Source: Candidatus Hadarchaeota archaeon (GTDB lineage: Archaea; CAYQAE01; CAYVLA01). From it: a stretch of DNA of 19,979 nt. The stretch is taken from the NCBI GenBank assembly GCA_964452145.1, contig CAYVLA010000057.1, forward strand, positions 1-19,979. Direction: 5' to 3'. The position numbers and the translations under genes are program-made. The stretch's first letter is position 1; each line of letters begins with the position of its first letter. Shown in pieces: positions 6,317 to 14,603 of this stretch. The notes under the pieces were generated by a model. It ran no database searches and was not told the origin of the DNA. It was given only the letters and a program-made list of their open reading frames with translations.

Positions 6317-8053
6317 TCACCTGGGGATCAGGGGGAGGGTAAGGTGCGATGCATGGCGAGAATCGTGATGAATCGTCTGCTCGGCGACCTGCATCTCGGT
6401 TCCGGTCCCTGGGGGTTGCCCGGTGTTGAGGTTCCGATCCCAGAGAGGGAAGTTGCTGCTGGTCAGATCCAGGCGGAGGCGGTGGCCAGCTAGGAAGAGA
6501 TTGCTCGTTGGCTGGAGCTCGATGAGGTAGTCCAGTATCTTTCCGGGCTGAACCGGCCTAGGGATTTCCCAGTTCCTCTCGCGAAACCGCGCCCTGATCA
6601 CCCCCTCCGTGATGTTGATCGATCGGCCGTTGGGATGGACATCGGTCAGGCGGGCCACGAAGTCCGTGTCCGGGGCCGAGGTTGAGGCGAAGAGATGTAG
6701 GGCCACCGGGCCCGTGACCTCCATGTCGCGTTCCAGCACGTCCGTGGTGTAGACCAGGAGATCGTCCCTCCTCTCGATGGGGCGCTGGTCGTAAGGCCCG
6801 GGGAGGGCCAGTTCGTACAGGCCAGGGTTGTAGGGCCCCACCGAGTGATTCCCGCCGAGGGTCGGCACCGGGTCGTCAGGGTCGTACGCGTAGCCGTCCG
6901 GATCCTCATCGCCCGGAGCGGCTGTGGAGAGGAGCCCGTCGCCCATGAGGCTGTTCGCCCGCCCGGAGGAGTGCAGATAGAATTGGCTGAAGCGGGTCCG
7001 GGAGAGAGGCCACTCCCGCTCATCTCTCCACCGGTTCTCACCCATGACGAATATCCGGATCGGAGCTGCCTGGTAGTCGGCCGGGCTACCGCCCTTCAGG
7101 ATGCATTCAAGCCAGCGGATGGTGCAGTCGTTCTCGCGTAGCGCCTCCGGGCCGAAGTCGACCTGGCCTAGACGGGGGCCGGAGCCGAAGCCGTGCGTCC
7201 AGGGCCCAACGATCACGCGGTGGCCCTCCGCCAGGGCCCGGGTGGGCGCGGTCCCGACCAGGCTTACGTAGTTGTCGAAGGTCTCCCCCGCATAGTAGTC
7301 ATACCAGCCCCCGACGAGCAGGACGGGTACGGCGAACCGTCCCATCTTCTCCCGCACGTTGAGCGCCTTCCAGAAATCGTCTAGCCGGTCGTGGGTAACG
7401 TAGTCCCGCCAGGCCTTCACGCGGCCGCATCCGCTTTTCTCATCCAGGGCGATAAGGGGCAGCTCGCGGAGCAGCCTTGAGACATCAAAGGCGGTGAGAA
7501 GTCCGGCACCGCTTGTGCGCGAGGCGACCTCGAAGCAAAGCCAGCTGAAGGTCAGCGCCAGGCTGAAGGCCCCGCCGCAGTAGTAGGCATTGCGCCAAAG
7601 ATCGCCCGACATGAAGCGAGGGTTCAGCGCGGACAGGTGGGGGCTTTGGGTCGGAGCAAGGCAAAGCTGGGTCGCGGCCAGGTAGGAGTCGCCGAACATG
7701 CCGATCTTCCCGTTGCACCAGGACTGGGCCGCGATCCACTCCAGCGTGTCGTAGCCATCCTGAGCCTCGTTGGTGAACGGATACCACTCCCCCTCCGAGC
7801 CGTACCGGCCCCGGCAGTCCTGAACCATGGAGGCCATGCCGCGCGATGTGTACTCGGCCCCCGAGATGTTTGCCCGGTTGTAGGCCGTGCGCACCAGCAC
7901 TACCGGGAACGGCCCCGGGCCCTCCGGCAGTGCTATCGTTGCCATCAGGTACACCTCGTCGCTCATCGGGACGCGGACGTTCTGGATCAGCCTGCCTTGA
8001 CGGGTCGGTATGGAGGCCGGGTGATCGGCCCTCTCTCCTCGAGGCGAAGACAT
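6317..8053 (-). CDS. CocE/NonD family serine hydrolase (peptidase S15 / alpha-amino acid ester hydrolase-like)
   Basis: RTAY, QDCRGRYGSEG, DGYDTLEWIAAQSWCNGKIGMFGDSYLA (nucleophile Ser), GGWYD, GPWTH, YDPDDPVPT and GHRLRLDLTSSNFP. Confidence 0.95.
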   Translation of the reverse strand: MSSPRGERADHPASIPTRQGRLIQNVRVPMSDEVYLMATIALPEGPGPFPVVLVRTAYNRANISGAEYTSRGMASMVQDCRGRYGSEGEWYPFTNEAQDGYDTLEWIAAQSWCNGKIGMFGDSYLAATQLCLAPTQSPHLSALNPRFMSGDLWRNAYYCGGAFSLALTFSWLCFEVASRTSGAGLLTAFDVSRLLRELPLIALDEKSGCGRVKAWRDYVTHDRLDDFWKALNVREKMGRFAVPVLLVGGWYDYYAGETFDNYVSLVGTAPTRALAEGHRVIVGPWTHGFGSGPRLGQVDFGPEALRENDCTIRWLECILKGGSPADYQAAPIRIFVMGENRWRDEREWPLSRTRFSQFYLHSSGRANSLMGDGLLSTAAPGDEDPDGYAYDPDDPVPTLGGNHSVGPYNPGLYELALPGPYDQRPIERRDDLLVYTTDVLERDMEVTGPVALHLFASTSAPDTDFVARLTDVHPNGRSINITEGVIRARFRERNWEIPRPVQPGKILDYLIELQPTSNLFLAGHRLRLDLTSSNFPLWDRNLNTGQPPGTGTEMQVAEQTIHHDSRHASHLTLPLIPR

Positions 8054-8294
8054 AGGTGATCACCCTGACCGAGTGCAGGTGAAAATGCTTTCGAATGAAT
8101 GCGGAATGCAAGTGCGATCGGGATGGGGCTGACGCCTTCCTCGAGCGGACAGGCCCTGGGATCGGCTGCTGAAGATGCCGACCATACTCATAGACATCGT
8201 TCGGTTATCTCCAAATAGGGGGCTCAGATCGATCGAGATCGGCTGGTTGCTCGGCGATTTCCCGCCCTCGCGCGTGGAGATAGGATTCCCGCAT

Positions 8295-9575
8295 CTATTG
8301 GGGCACTGTGACCAGGAAGTGGGTTGATCCTTTCCTTGTGCACTGCGCTCTGCCGTCGGTGTCGAAGTAGAGCTGGGCGTATCTGGCATTTCTCCTCTCG
8401 GAGATGGTCGGGTGCTCAGAGATGTGGACCAGTACCGGCCTGGGGTATCCACGGCCGATATGGTTCGACAGATCGGCCGGCATGCTCACGCGCCCGGTCG
8501 AAAGCCTTGCCAGCCTTGAGGCGATCCTTTGTGCCGAAGATCTGGCTCCGAAGGGGTTGCCCCATCTGTGCTGCTTACCGTTTGCAGATCGAAGCAGACG
8601 GCTTGCCTCCGTTCTGATCGTCCTGGGATCGTGCCCGACAAGACGATTGGCTCCGATGGCAACGGTTTCCGGCCACTCGGTATTGTTCCTCAGCATGAGG
8701 CAGGGGGTCTTGAGCAGGCAGGCCTCCTGCTGGATGCCGCCGGAGTCCGTGATCACCCCGGCAGCTGATGAGATAAGGCAGAGGGACTCCGCGTAGGCCA
8801 CCGGTTTCATTACGGATAGCCCTTGGAGGAGATGGGAGAGACCCAGAGCTTCCAGAGCGTTCCGCGTTCTGGGGTGAAGCGGCATCACCACGGGGAGGCG
8901 GAGGCCGCCGAGGGCCGTCAGTATCCCCTCGAGTCGCTGGCGATCAGTTGTGTTCTCCTCCCTGTGAAGGGTGGCGTAGAAGTATCCCCTTGACGGAAAG
9001 CCAAGTCGACCGACGGTTCCCTCGACATCCAGCCTCCCGACCAGCTGATGGACCAGGGCTACGATGGGATGTCCCAGCATGTGAACTGACCGCGGCGGGA
9101 TGCCTTCCCTGAACAGATTTATGGCGGTTGTCCGGGTTGGCGGAAAGTGCTGGCTGGAGCATCTGGAGATCACCAACCGGTTTCGTTCCTCTGGCATGCG
9201 GCCATCAAACGACCTGCAGCCTGCCTCGATATGGGCGACCAGTAGGTTCATGCGAGAGCCCGCTAGGGCTGCGGCCAGGGCGGAATCGGTGTCCCCTTCG
9301 ACCAGGACCATCTCGGTGCCTGACTGCTCGAAATGGTCGGAAAGAAGCTCAATCATGCGAGCGAGGCGAGGCACGACGCCTAAGGAGTTCACTCCCAGGA
9401 CACGCGTAGGGCGGGGAACGCCCAGCTCCACCAGGTGGCGCTCGCTAAGATCCCATTCATAGTGCTGGCCGGTGTGGATCAGGTCGAAATCCAGGTTCTT
9501 CCCGGACATCTCCCGCATTAGGGATGTGAGCTTGATGATCTCGGGGCGGGTGCCCACGACGATTGACATCTTCAT
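8295..9575 (-). CDS. wecB: UDP-N-acetylglucosamine 2-epimerase (non-hydrolysing), with C-terminal extension
   Basis: VGTRPEIIK, HTGQHY, EGDT, HIEAGCRS, MPEE, TLHREEN, TDSGGIQ, TEWPE and NPFG. Start ATG9575 has a GGAGG SD. Confidence 0.93.
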   Translation of the reverse strand: MKMSIVVGTRPEIIKLTSLMREMSGKNLDFDLIHTGQHYEWDLSERHLVELGVPRPTRVLGVNSLGVVPRLARMIELLSDHFEQSGTEMVLVEGDTDSALAAALAGSRMNLLVAHIEAGCRSFDGRMPEERNRLVISRCSSQHFPPTRTTAINLFREGIPPRSVHMLGHPIVALVHQLVGRLDVEGTVGRLGFPSRGYFYATLHREENTTDRQRLEGILTALGGLRLPVVMPLHPRTRNALEALGLSHLLQGLSVMKPVAYAESLCLISSAAGVITDSGGIQQEACLLKTPCLMLRNNTEWPETVAIGANRLVGHDPRTIRTEASRLLRSANGKQHRWGNPFGARSSAQRIASRLARLSTGRVSMPADLSNHIGRGYPRPVLVHISEHPTISERRNARYAQLYFDTDGRAQCTRKGSTHFLVTVPQ

Positions 9576-9697
9576 ACGGCTGCTCCTCCGGCATGGTGGG
9601 AGCGGCGGTATTTCACCTTCCCATCCGTGGGTTTGGAATGGTTCTGAAGTCACGTTTGCTGGTAGGACAAATAAGCAGGCAACCTGAGAAGGCGTCG

Positions 9698-10603
9698 TTG
9701 ACCGAACGCGTCGCTGCAATGCAGATAGATCTGGATGGGTCGTGGACGTACTCGGCTTACCTTGGAGAGTCCGTCGACATCCGGCGGGACCCTTTGTACG
9801 AAAAGGCTCTGCCGGTCCTTCTCGACCTTCTCTCATCCAGAGGGATCAGGGCGACTCTGTTTCTGGTCGGCCGCGATCTGGGAGTGGACTGGAAGGTTGA
9901 GTTGCTGCGTCAGGCGGTGAGGAAGGGCCACGAGATAGCGAGCCACTCAATGAACCACGTCCTTCGCTTCTCCAAGCTCAGCCGTGGCGAGAAGTCGGAC
10001 GAGATCGGGATGGCGAGGCGCCTATGCACCGAGCTGCTGGGGATCGAACAGATCGGGTTCAGAGCCCCGGGCTTCGACATCGACTGGGAGACGCTAAGCC
10101 TCCTGGAGGCGATGGGCTTCGTCTACGACTCGTCCATCATTCCGACCTATGCATATCCGTTCCTGCTGAGGGCGGACAGGATCGGCTACCTGCTCAGGCG
10201 CAGGAGGATACCCGGATGGGATCATGGCCCCAAGTTGGGCTGGTTCATGGCACCGGAGGGACCCTACCGCCCCTGTCCGGGCCGGCTGATCAGATCGTGC
10301 CGAGGATCGGGCATCGTCGAGGTCCCCGTATCAACACATCCGGTTCTGCGCCTGCCGTTCCACCTAGCCTTCGGGCTGCGGATGGGTCCGCGCCTCTTTG
10401 ACCTAGGCCGGAGTTCACTGGATGCAAAGGGATTGCCTCTTGTATACCTGATCCACCTGAAGGACCTGAGAGATTTCGTGGAAAGGGGCGACCGGCGCCC
10501 GATCGCGATGATCGAACACGTACTGGACATCATCGCGGGCCGGTACGATGCGTTGACGACCAGCGAGCTGGCCCGTAACCACGGAGGGCACGAGCTTGGG
10601 TGA
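9698..10603 (+). CDS. polysaccharide deacetylase, CE4/NodB family (PuuE-like/exopolysaccharide-locus type)
   Basis: QIDLD, ATLFLVG, GHEIASHSMNH (metal-binding His pair), GFRAPGF, YDSS and YLIH. TTG9698 lies 22 nt after AAATAAG. ATG9638 is an alternative start. Confidence 0.9.
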   Translation: MTERVAAMQIDLDGSWTYSAYLGESVDIRRDPLYEKALPVLLDLLSSRGIRATLFLVGRDLGVDWKVELLRQAVRKGHEIASHSMNHVLRFSKLSRGEKSDEIGMARRLCTELLGIEQIGFRAPGFDIDWETLSLLEAMGFVYDSSIIPTYAYPFLLRADRIGYLLRRRRIPGWDHGPKLGWFMAPEGPYRPCPGRLIRSCRGSGIVEVPVSTHPVLRLPFHLAFGLRMGPRLFDLGRSSLDAKGLPLVYLIHLKDLRDFVERGDRRPIAMIEHVLDIIAGRYDALTTSELARNHGGHELG

Positions 10604-11399
10604 GATCGCTAGTGCGCGCCGCGGCGAACGAAGGCCCCCGCCACGGAGAGGGCTGATCACCGTCCTGCTGCCCATGTACAACGAGGAGGAGGGGGCCCAG
10701 GACTCCGTCAATCTCGTCATCGACTGCCTGCAAGGCATCGGCATCCAATGGGAGCTGATCGTGGTCGACGATGGAAGCATCGATCGCACCCCCATCATTG
10801 CAGCACGAGCCGCAGAGGGGCACGAAAACGTCAGAGTAGTCTCACATGAGCGGAACCTGGGTCTCGGAGCTGCTTTGAGGACCGGCGTCCGTGATTCCAG
10901 AGGCGAGGTCGTCTTGGTTCTGGACTCCGATCTCTCCTACGGCGTTGACTGCATTGACGGCCTCTTGGAAGGGGTGAAGAAATGGGACGTTGCGGTTTGT
11001 TCGCCCTACCTGTGCGGCACTAGGGTCGACGGGGTCAGCCCCGTAAGGATACTATCCAGTAAGGCGGTGAACGCTATCTACAGGGCCCTGTTCGATGAAA
11101 GCATACGATGCTTCACGGGCATGGCCAGAGCCTACAGATCTCAGAGCCTCAGATCGATCCAGTGGTCGTCCAACGGCTTTGAGAGCCAAGCCGAGATACT
11201 GGTCAAGCTCGCATTGAGGGGAAGCAGCGTCGGGGAGATCCCTGCCACGCTCAAGAGGCGTACCTGGGGTCGATCCAAGTTCTCGCCGGGGCGGGAGATC
11301 CTGCCCCACATCCGGCTCATCTTCAGCTTGGTTGGCACGATGAGGACTGATGGGGCCACGCAGCCCGGGCCGTTGCTCAGGTCGCGTCCAAGTAGCTGA
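10596..11399 (+). CDS. family 2 glycosyltransferase, DPM1-like polyprenol/dolichol-phosphate sugar synthase
   Basis: LPMYNEE, VVDDGSID, NLGLGAALRTG, DxD motif LDSDLSY, GFESQAEIL and GRSKF. GGAGG SD; overlaps the deacetylase stop. Confidence 0.92.
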   Translation: MGEIASARRGERRPPPRRGLITVLLPMYNEEEGAQDSVNLVIDCLQGIGIQWELIVVDDGSIDRTPIIAARAAEGHENVRVVSHERNLGLGAALRTGVRDSRGEVVLVLDSDLSYGVDCIDGLLEGVKKWDVAVCSPYLCGTRVDGVSPVRILSSKAVNAIYRALFDESIRCFTGMARAYRSQSLRSIQWSSNGFESQAEILVKLALRGSSVGEIPATLKRRTWGRSKFSPGREILPHIRLIFSLVGTMRTDGATQPGPLLRSRPSS

Positions 11400-12672
11400 C
11401 CGCCAGGCGTGCTGCGTTGAGGCCCGACTCGACGGCCGATCCGATCGTGGGCATATTGGGATAAAGAAGGTGGGCTCCCGCCTGGAAGATGCCCGGAGGC
11501 AGATCCTCGTCGGATACCAGCAATCGGGAGAACCCTTTGGAGAACACCGGGGATGCGTACATGCTCCTCGAGATCCTGCCATCGACCGCGCGGCCTTTGA
11601 AACCCGGAAAGATGGGCTCGAGAGCGTCCTCAATCGTGTGCAGAACGTCCTTCTCCTTGCCGAGATAGAGAGGGTCCGAGGGATCGAGATAGCTGTACAC
11701 ATAGACCAGGGAGCGATCTCCTGGGCCTCCGTACCTGTCCAGGAAGTGGTGGATCAATCCACCGAATGGAGAATCCCCGTACGGAAAGACGATGCTGGCG
11801 TGGCGCTCAAGAAGCGGGGCGTTGAGCACGAAGCATGCGTTAACTATCGCCTTGTATGCCACCATGGACAGTCGGCGGTGGGCCATCCCTGAGAGGGGCA
11901 GGATATCTGCCATCAGCGGGGCCGGGAGGCAGACGACCACCGCGTCGCAATCCACCGTTTCCTCCCCGCCGCGCCCTCGGAGGGTTACCCGGTACCTTCC
12001 GTCTTTGGCCTGAACCGAGCTGGCCTTGGCCATGGTCCGTATGCATGCCCCGTTGTCTCGCATCCTCATCTCCATCGCCTTCACGGCTCGCCTGAGGCCG
12101 CCGCCCAGTATCGCGGTTCGGTTGCCCATCTTAGCCGATTTGACGAACCTGTCCCACAACCAGGAGGCCGAGATATCACCCAGGCCCTGTTTGTACTTGA
12201 CCCAGCAGAGCGGCTCGAAGAAGCCATCCGTGGCCTGCGACCCTATCCGGGACACCAGCCAATCCTTGGCGCTGATCCCCTCCATTGGTCCCTGCGGGAT
12301 GTTCATCAATGCCTGAAGGGACAGGAGTCCCAGGCGGAGTCTGCCCCCAAGTGGGATGGGACCGAGGGACAAGATCCCTCTGGGGCTGCTGACGTCCCAG
12401 AGACGTTCCCTCGAGCCCAGCAGCGTATCGACCCTTTCCCACCTTATCGACCCTTGTAAGCCGAGCTGGTCCCAGAGCTCGATGGCCACCTTGTCGGTGG
12501 AGAGGAGGTTGTGGCAGTATCTAGGTATGTTGAGGCCTTGGAGCTGGAAGCTTGAGCACAGCCCGCCGAGGTCCTGATCCTTCTCAACAAGGAGCAGGTC
12601 GTGCCCGGCCGAGAGCGTCAAGCCGCAGGACAGCCCGGCCATTCCGCCCCCGATGACCACGACATCCATCAT
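11377..12672 (-). CDS. FAD-dependent oxidoreductase (HemY/amine-oxidase/UGM-like superfamily, glycan-locus type)
   Basis: VVVIGGGMAGL, LVEKDQDLGGL..SF, ISASWLW, GGG.RRAV and C-terminal GIFQAG...IGSAVESG. ATGA overlap with the upstream GT-C gene. Confidence 0.85.
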   Translation of the reverse strand: MMDVVVIGGGMAGLSCGLTLSAGHDLLLVEKDQDLGGLCSSFQLQGLNIPRYCHNLLSTDKVAIELWDQLGLQGSIRWERVDTLLGSRERLWDVSSPRGILSLGPIPLGGRLRLGLLSLQALMNIPQGPMEGISAKDWLVSRIGSQATDGFFEPLCWVKYKQGLGDISASWLWDRFVKSAKMGNRTAILGGGLRRAVKAMEMRMRDNGACIRTMAKASSVQAKDGRYRVTLRGRGGEETVDCDAVVVCLPAPLMADILPLSGMAHRRLSMVAYKAIVNACFVLNAPLLERHASIVFPYGDSPFGGLIHHFLDRYGGPGDRSLVYVYSYLDPSDPLYLGKEKDVLHTIEDALEPIFPGFKGRAVDGRISRSMYASPVFSKGFSRLLVSDEDLPPGIFQAGAHLLYPNMPTIGSAVESGLNAARLAVSYLDAT

Positions 12673-14357
12673 ACATCCACCTGCCCCGGGACAGGTGCCC
12701 GCGATGAATCCATCCCGCGGCTTGGCCAGATCGAGAAGTGAAGGCCGGGCTCCCTTAGGAAGACGAGCATCTCCTTATCAGGCAGATCCATGCATACAAC
12801 CTGGGCGAAGCACTCGCCGAGATAGGCCGCGAGTGGGGCCAAGGCGGGGGTTCCTCGGATTCGGGCCCAGTTCTTAGCCTCAACCATCACCACCGAGGTC
12901 TCTTCGGCCTTGATAGCCTCCGTCCAGAGGGTGACCTCCTCTCGCCCCAGGATGCCGCTCTGGAAGATGTGGGAGAGGATGAACAGGGGGATCGGCGTGG
13001 CGCGTCCCTGAATGTTCAGAACGGGCGTCAGGCTCCCGGGAGGAGGATGCTGCCAGAGGAAGTAGTATCCCAGCCAATCCAAGCACACAAGGCCTGTGCC
13101 TGGCTGCAGACTCCTGGTGAGTGATGCAAGTGCGGCTTCTCTGTGGAGCGTTGGAGGGGGACGGGAGGTCGAACCACCGGCCAGAACCGATGAGACAAGC
13201 AGACCGACCAGCGCGATGACCCATGCCTTGCCTAGGGAATGCCAAACCAGGCCGCTGGGAGGGAAACGGAGGATTCCGTGGAGCCTCGAAGCACCAGCAC
13301 CGGCGAGAAGGGCGATGATGGGCAGGAGGGATATGAGGTAGTGGCTTGACCATGGTTCGCGAATCAGGACGAGGGCCGACCCACCGCCCAGGGCCAACCA
13401 GGCTTGGAAGAAGGCGTATCTTCTCCTCCTCTCATACACCGCGAATGCAAGGCTGACGCACACCAGCGTGGCGACGGCCATGCCCGCGTACCGCTGCAAG
13501 ACCGGAGAACCGCCGGGACCCCTGACGAGGTGGATGAGCGATCTCCAGACCACGTATAACCTAGTGGAGCCCGAAACCGCGATGCCTCTTGCGCTGAGGA
13601 TGGCGGGATACTTGAAGACGCAGTAGATGAACGCCTCAAGATCGCCCTGGATGGCTTGGATCATGATGGCGGGTAGCCATACGAGTCCTGACCCCGAGAG
13701 GATGAGAAGGACTGAACGGGTCCTGCCGAAAGGGGGCCTGGGCAGGCCCACCCTTTCGAAACCCAGCAAGGCGACGAGAACGAAGAATGCCAGGATGCTG
13801 ACCCCTGGCTGGAAGGCGAGGAAGGAGAGCCCGGCGAAGATGCCGGCACCCAGCAACGAAAATGGCCGGAGGCAGCCGCGAACGCATAGCAGAATCGCCA
13901 TCGTCTGAAGGAACAGGAGAATGGTAGATGTATGGACCTCGGAGCTGTGGGCCAACAGAAGGGGATTCAGCACGAAGATCAAGCAGGCGGCAAGGCCCCA
14001 TCCCCGTCCGATGAGGTCCCTAGACAGGATGAAGAGGGCAACGGTGGTCGCCAGAAAGGACGCGGCAAGCCCGATGCGCAGAGCCACAACCGCTGCGGTG
14101 CCCTGTCCGAAGAGGGCGATTCCTAGGCTCAGATAAGAGTAGATAAGGGGAGGCCTGCCGCCCCCGACCCCGACTCGGTATGGCGAAGTGCCGGACAGCC
14201 ACTGCTGGGCGATGCAGAGGGTTCCGCCGAAATCGATGCCGATTCCCAGACCCAGTCCGGGAACCAGCAAAAGGCACTGCAGGGTCAAGATCAGAGTCAG
14301 GCCTACGGCGGTGCGTCTGGTCTGTCTCAGTGATTGCCCCGGTAAACGGAAGGCCAT
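12669..14357 (-). CDS. multi-pass membrane glycosyltransferase, GT-C fold (ArnT/PMT/GT39-like)
   Basis: About 10-12 TM helices. First external loop D..G..LCIAQQWLSG.SPY...RPPLIY, plus LIFVLNP, AGIFAGLSFLAFQ, W.HYLISLLP and a soluble C-terminal domain. Confidence 0.8.
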   Translation of the reverse strand: MAFRLPGQSLRQTRRTAVGLTLILTLQCLLLVPGLGLGIGIDFGGTLCIAQQWLSGTSPYRVGVGGGRPPLIYSYLSLGIALFGQGTAAVVALRIGLAASFLATTVALFILSRDLIGRGWGLAACLIFVLNPLLLAHSSEVHTSTILLFLQTMAILLCVRGCLRPFSLLGAGIFAGLSFLAFQPGVSILAFFVLVALLGFERVGLPRPPFGRTRSVLLILSGSGLVWLPAIMIQAIQGDLEAFIYCVFKYPAILSARGIAVSGSTRLYVVWRSLIHLVRGPGGSPVLQRYAGMAVATLVCVSLAFAVYERRRRYAFFQAWLALGGGSALVLIREPWSSHYLISLLPIIALLAGAGASRLHGILRFPPSGLVWHSLGKAWVIALVGLLVSSVLAGGSTSRPPPTLHREAALASLTRSLQPGTGLVCLDWLGYYFLWQHPPPGSLTPVLNIQGRATPIPLFILSHIFQSGILGREEVTLWTEAIKAEETSVVMVEAKNWARIRGTPALAPLAAYLGECFAQVVCMDLPDKEMLVFLREPGLHFSIWPSRGMDSSRAPVPGQVDV

Positions 14358-14378
14358 TTCGGGGAGCCAAAGAATCGC

Positions 14379-14391
14379 AGGATAATAAGCC
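14379..14391 (-). promoter_or_regulatory. TATA-box-like element (core CTTATTATC)
   Basis: The core at 14381-14389 is 23 nt upstream of ATG14357. Confidence 0.6.
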
Positions 14392-14603
14392 TACCTAGCC
14401 GGTACCGACGCTGCCCGTCCCAAGATGGCGGGAGCATGCGACGCACCGCGCGTTCCGCACCGTTGGTTTATGGGCTCTGGAAGGCCCTAGGGTCGACCGA
14501 CTGGGGACACATAACGCCAAATAGAGCCACGCATGATCGCGAAACGACCAAGAGCATGGAAGATGTCATTACACCGATGGTGCTTAAGCCGGATCTCTTG
14601 ACG

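Noticed and set aside
6231..8327. UGA recoding (Sec, Trp or Gly) suggested by in-frame TGAs at 6233-6231 (minus) and 8130-8132 (plus, frame 8085-8327)
   Set aside because: Bona fide genes here end in TGA at the expected family lengths, there is no redox-motif context, and no SECIS-like element was recognised.
9576..9836. N-terminal extension of wecB (and of the deacetylase from 9563) in the ORF track
   Set aside because: The two extensions would overlap head-to-head. Family homology starts at MKMSIVVGTRPE (with an SD) and near AAMQIDLD.
1119..14524. ATAACGCCAA-N-TAG shared at about 1119 and 14511
   Set aside because: A 13/14 match is within chance for 20 kb and only two copies were seen.
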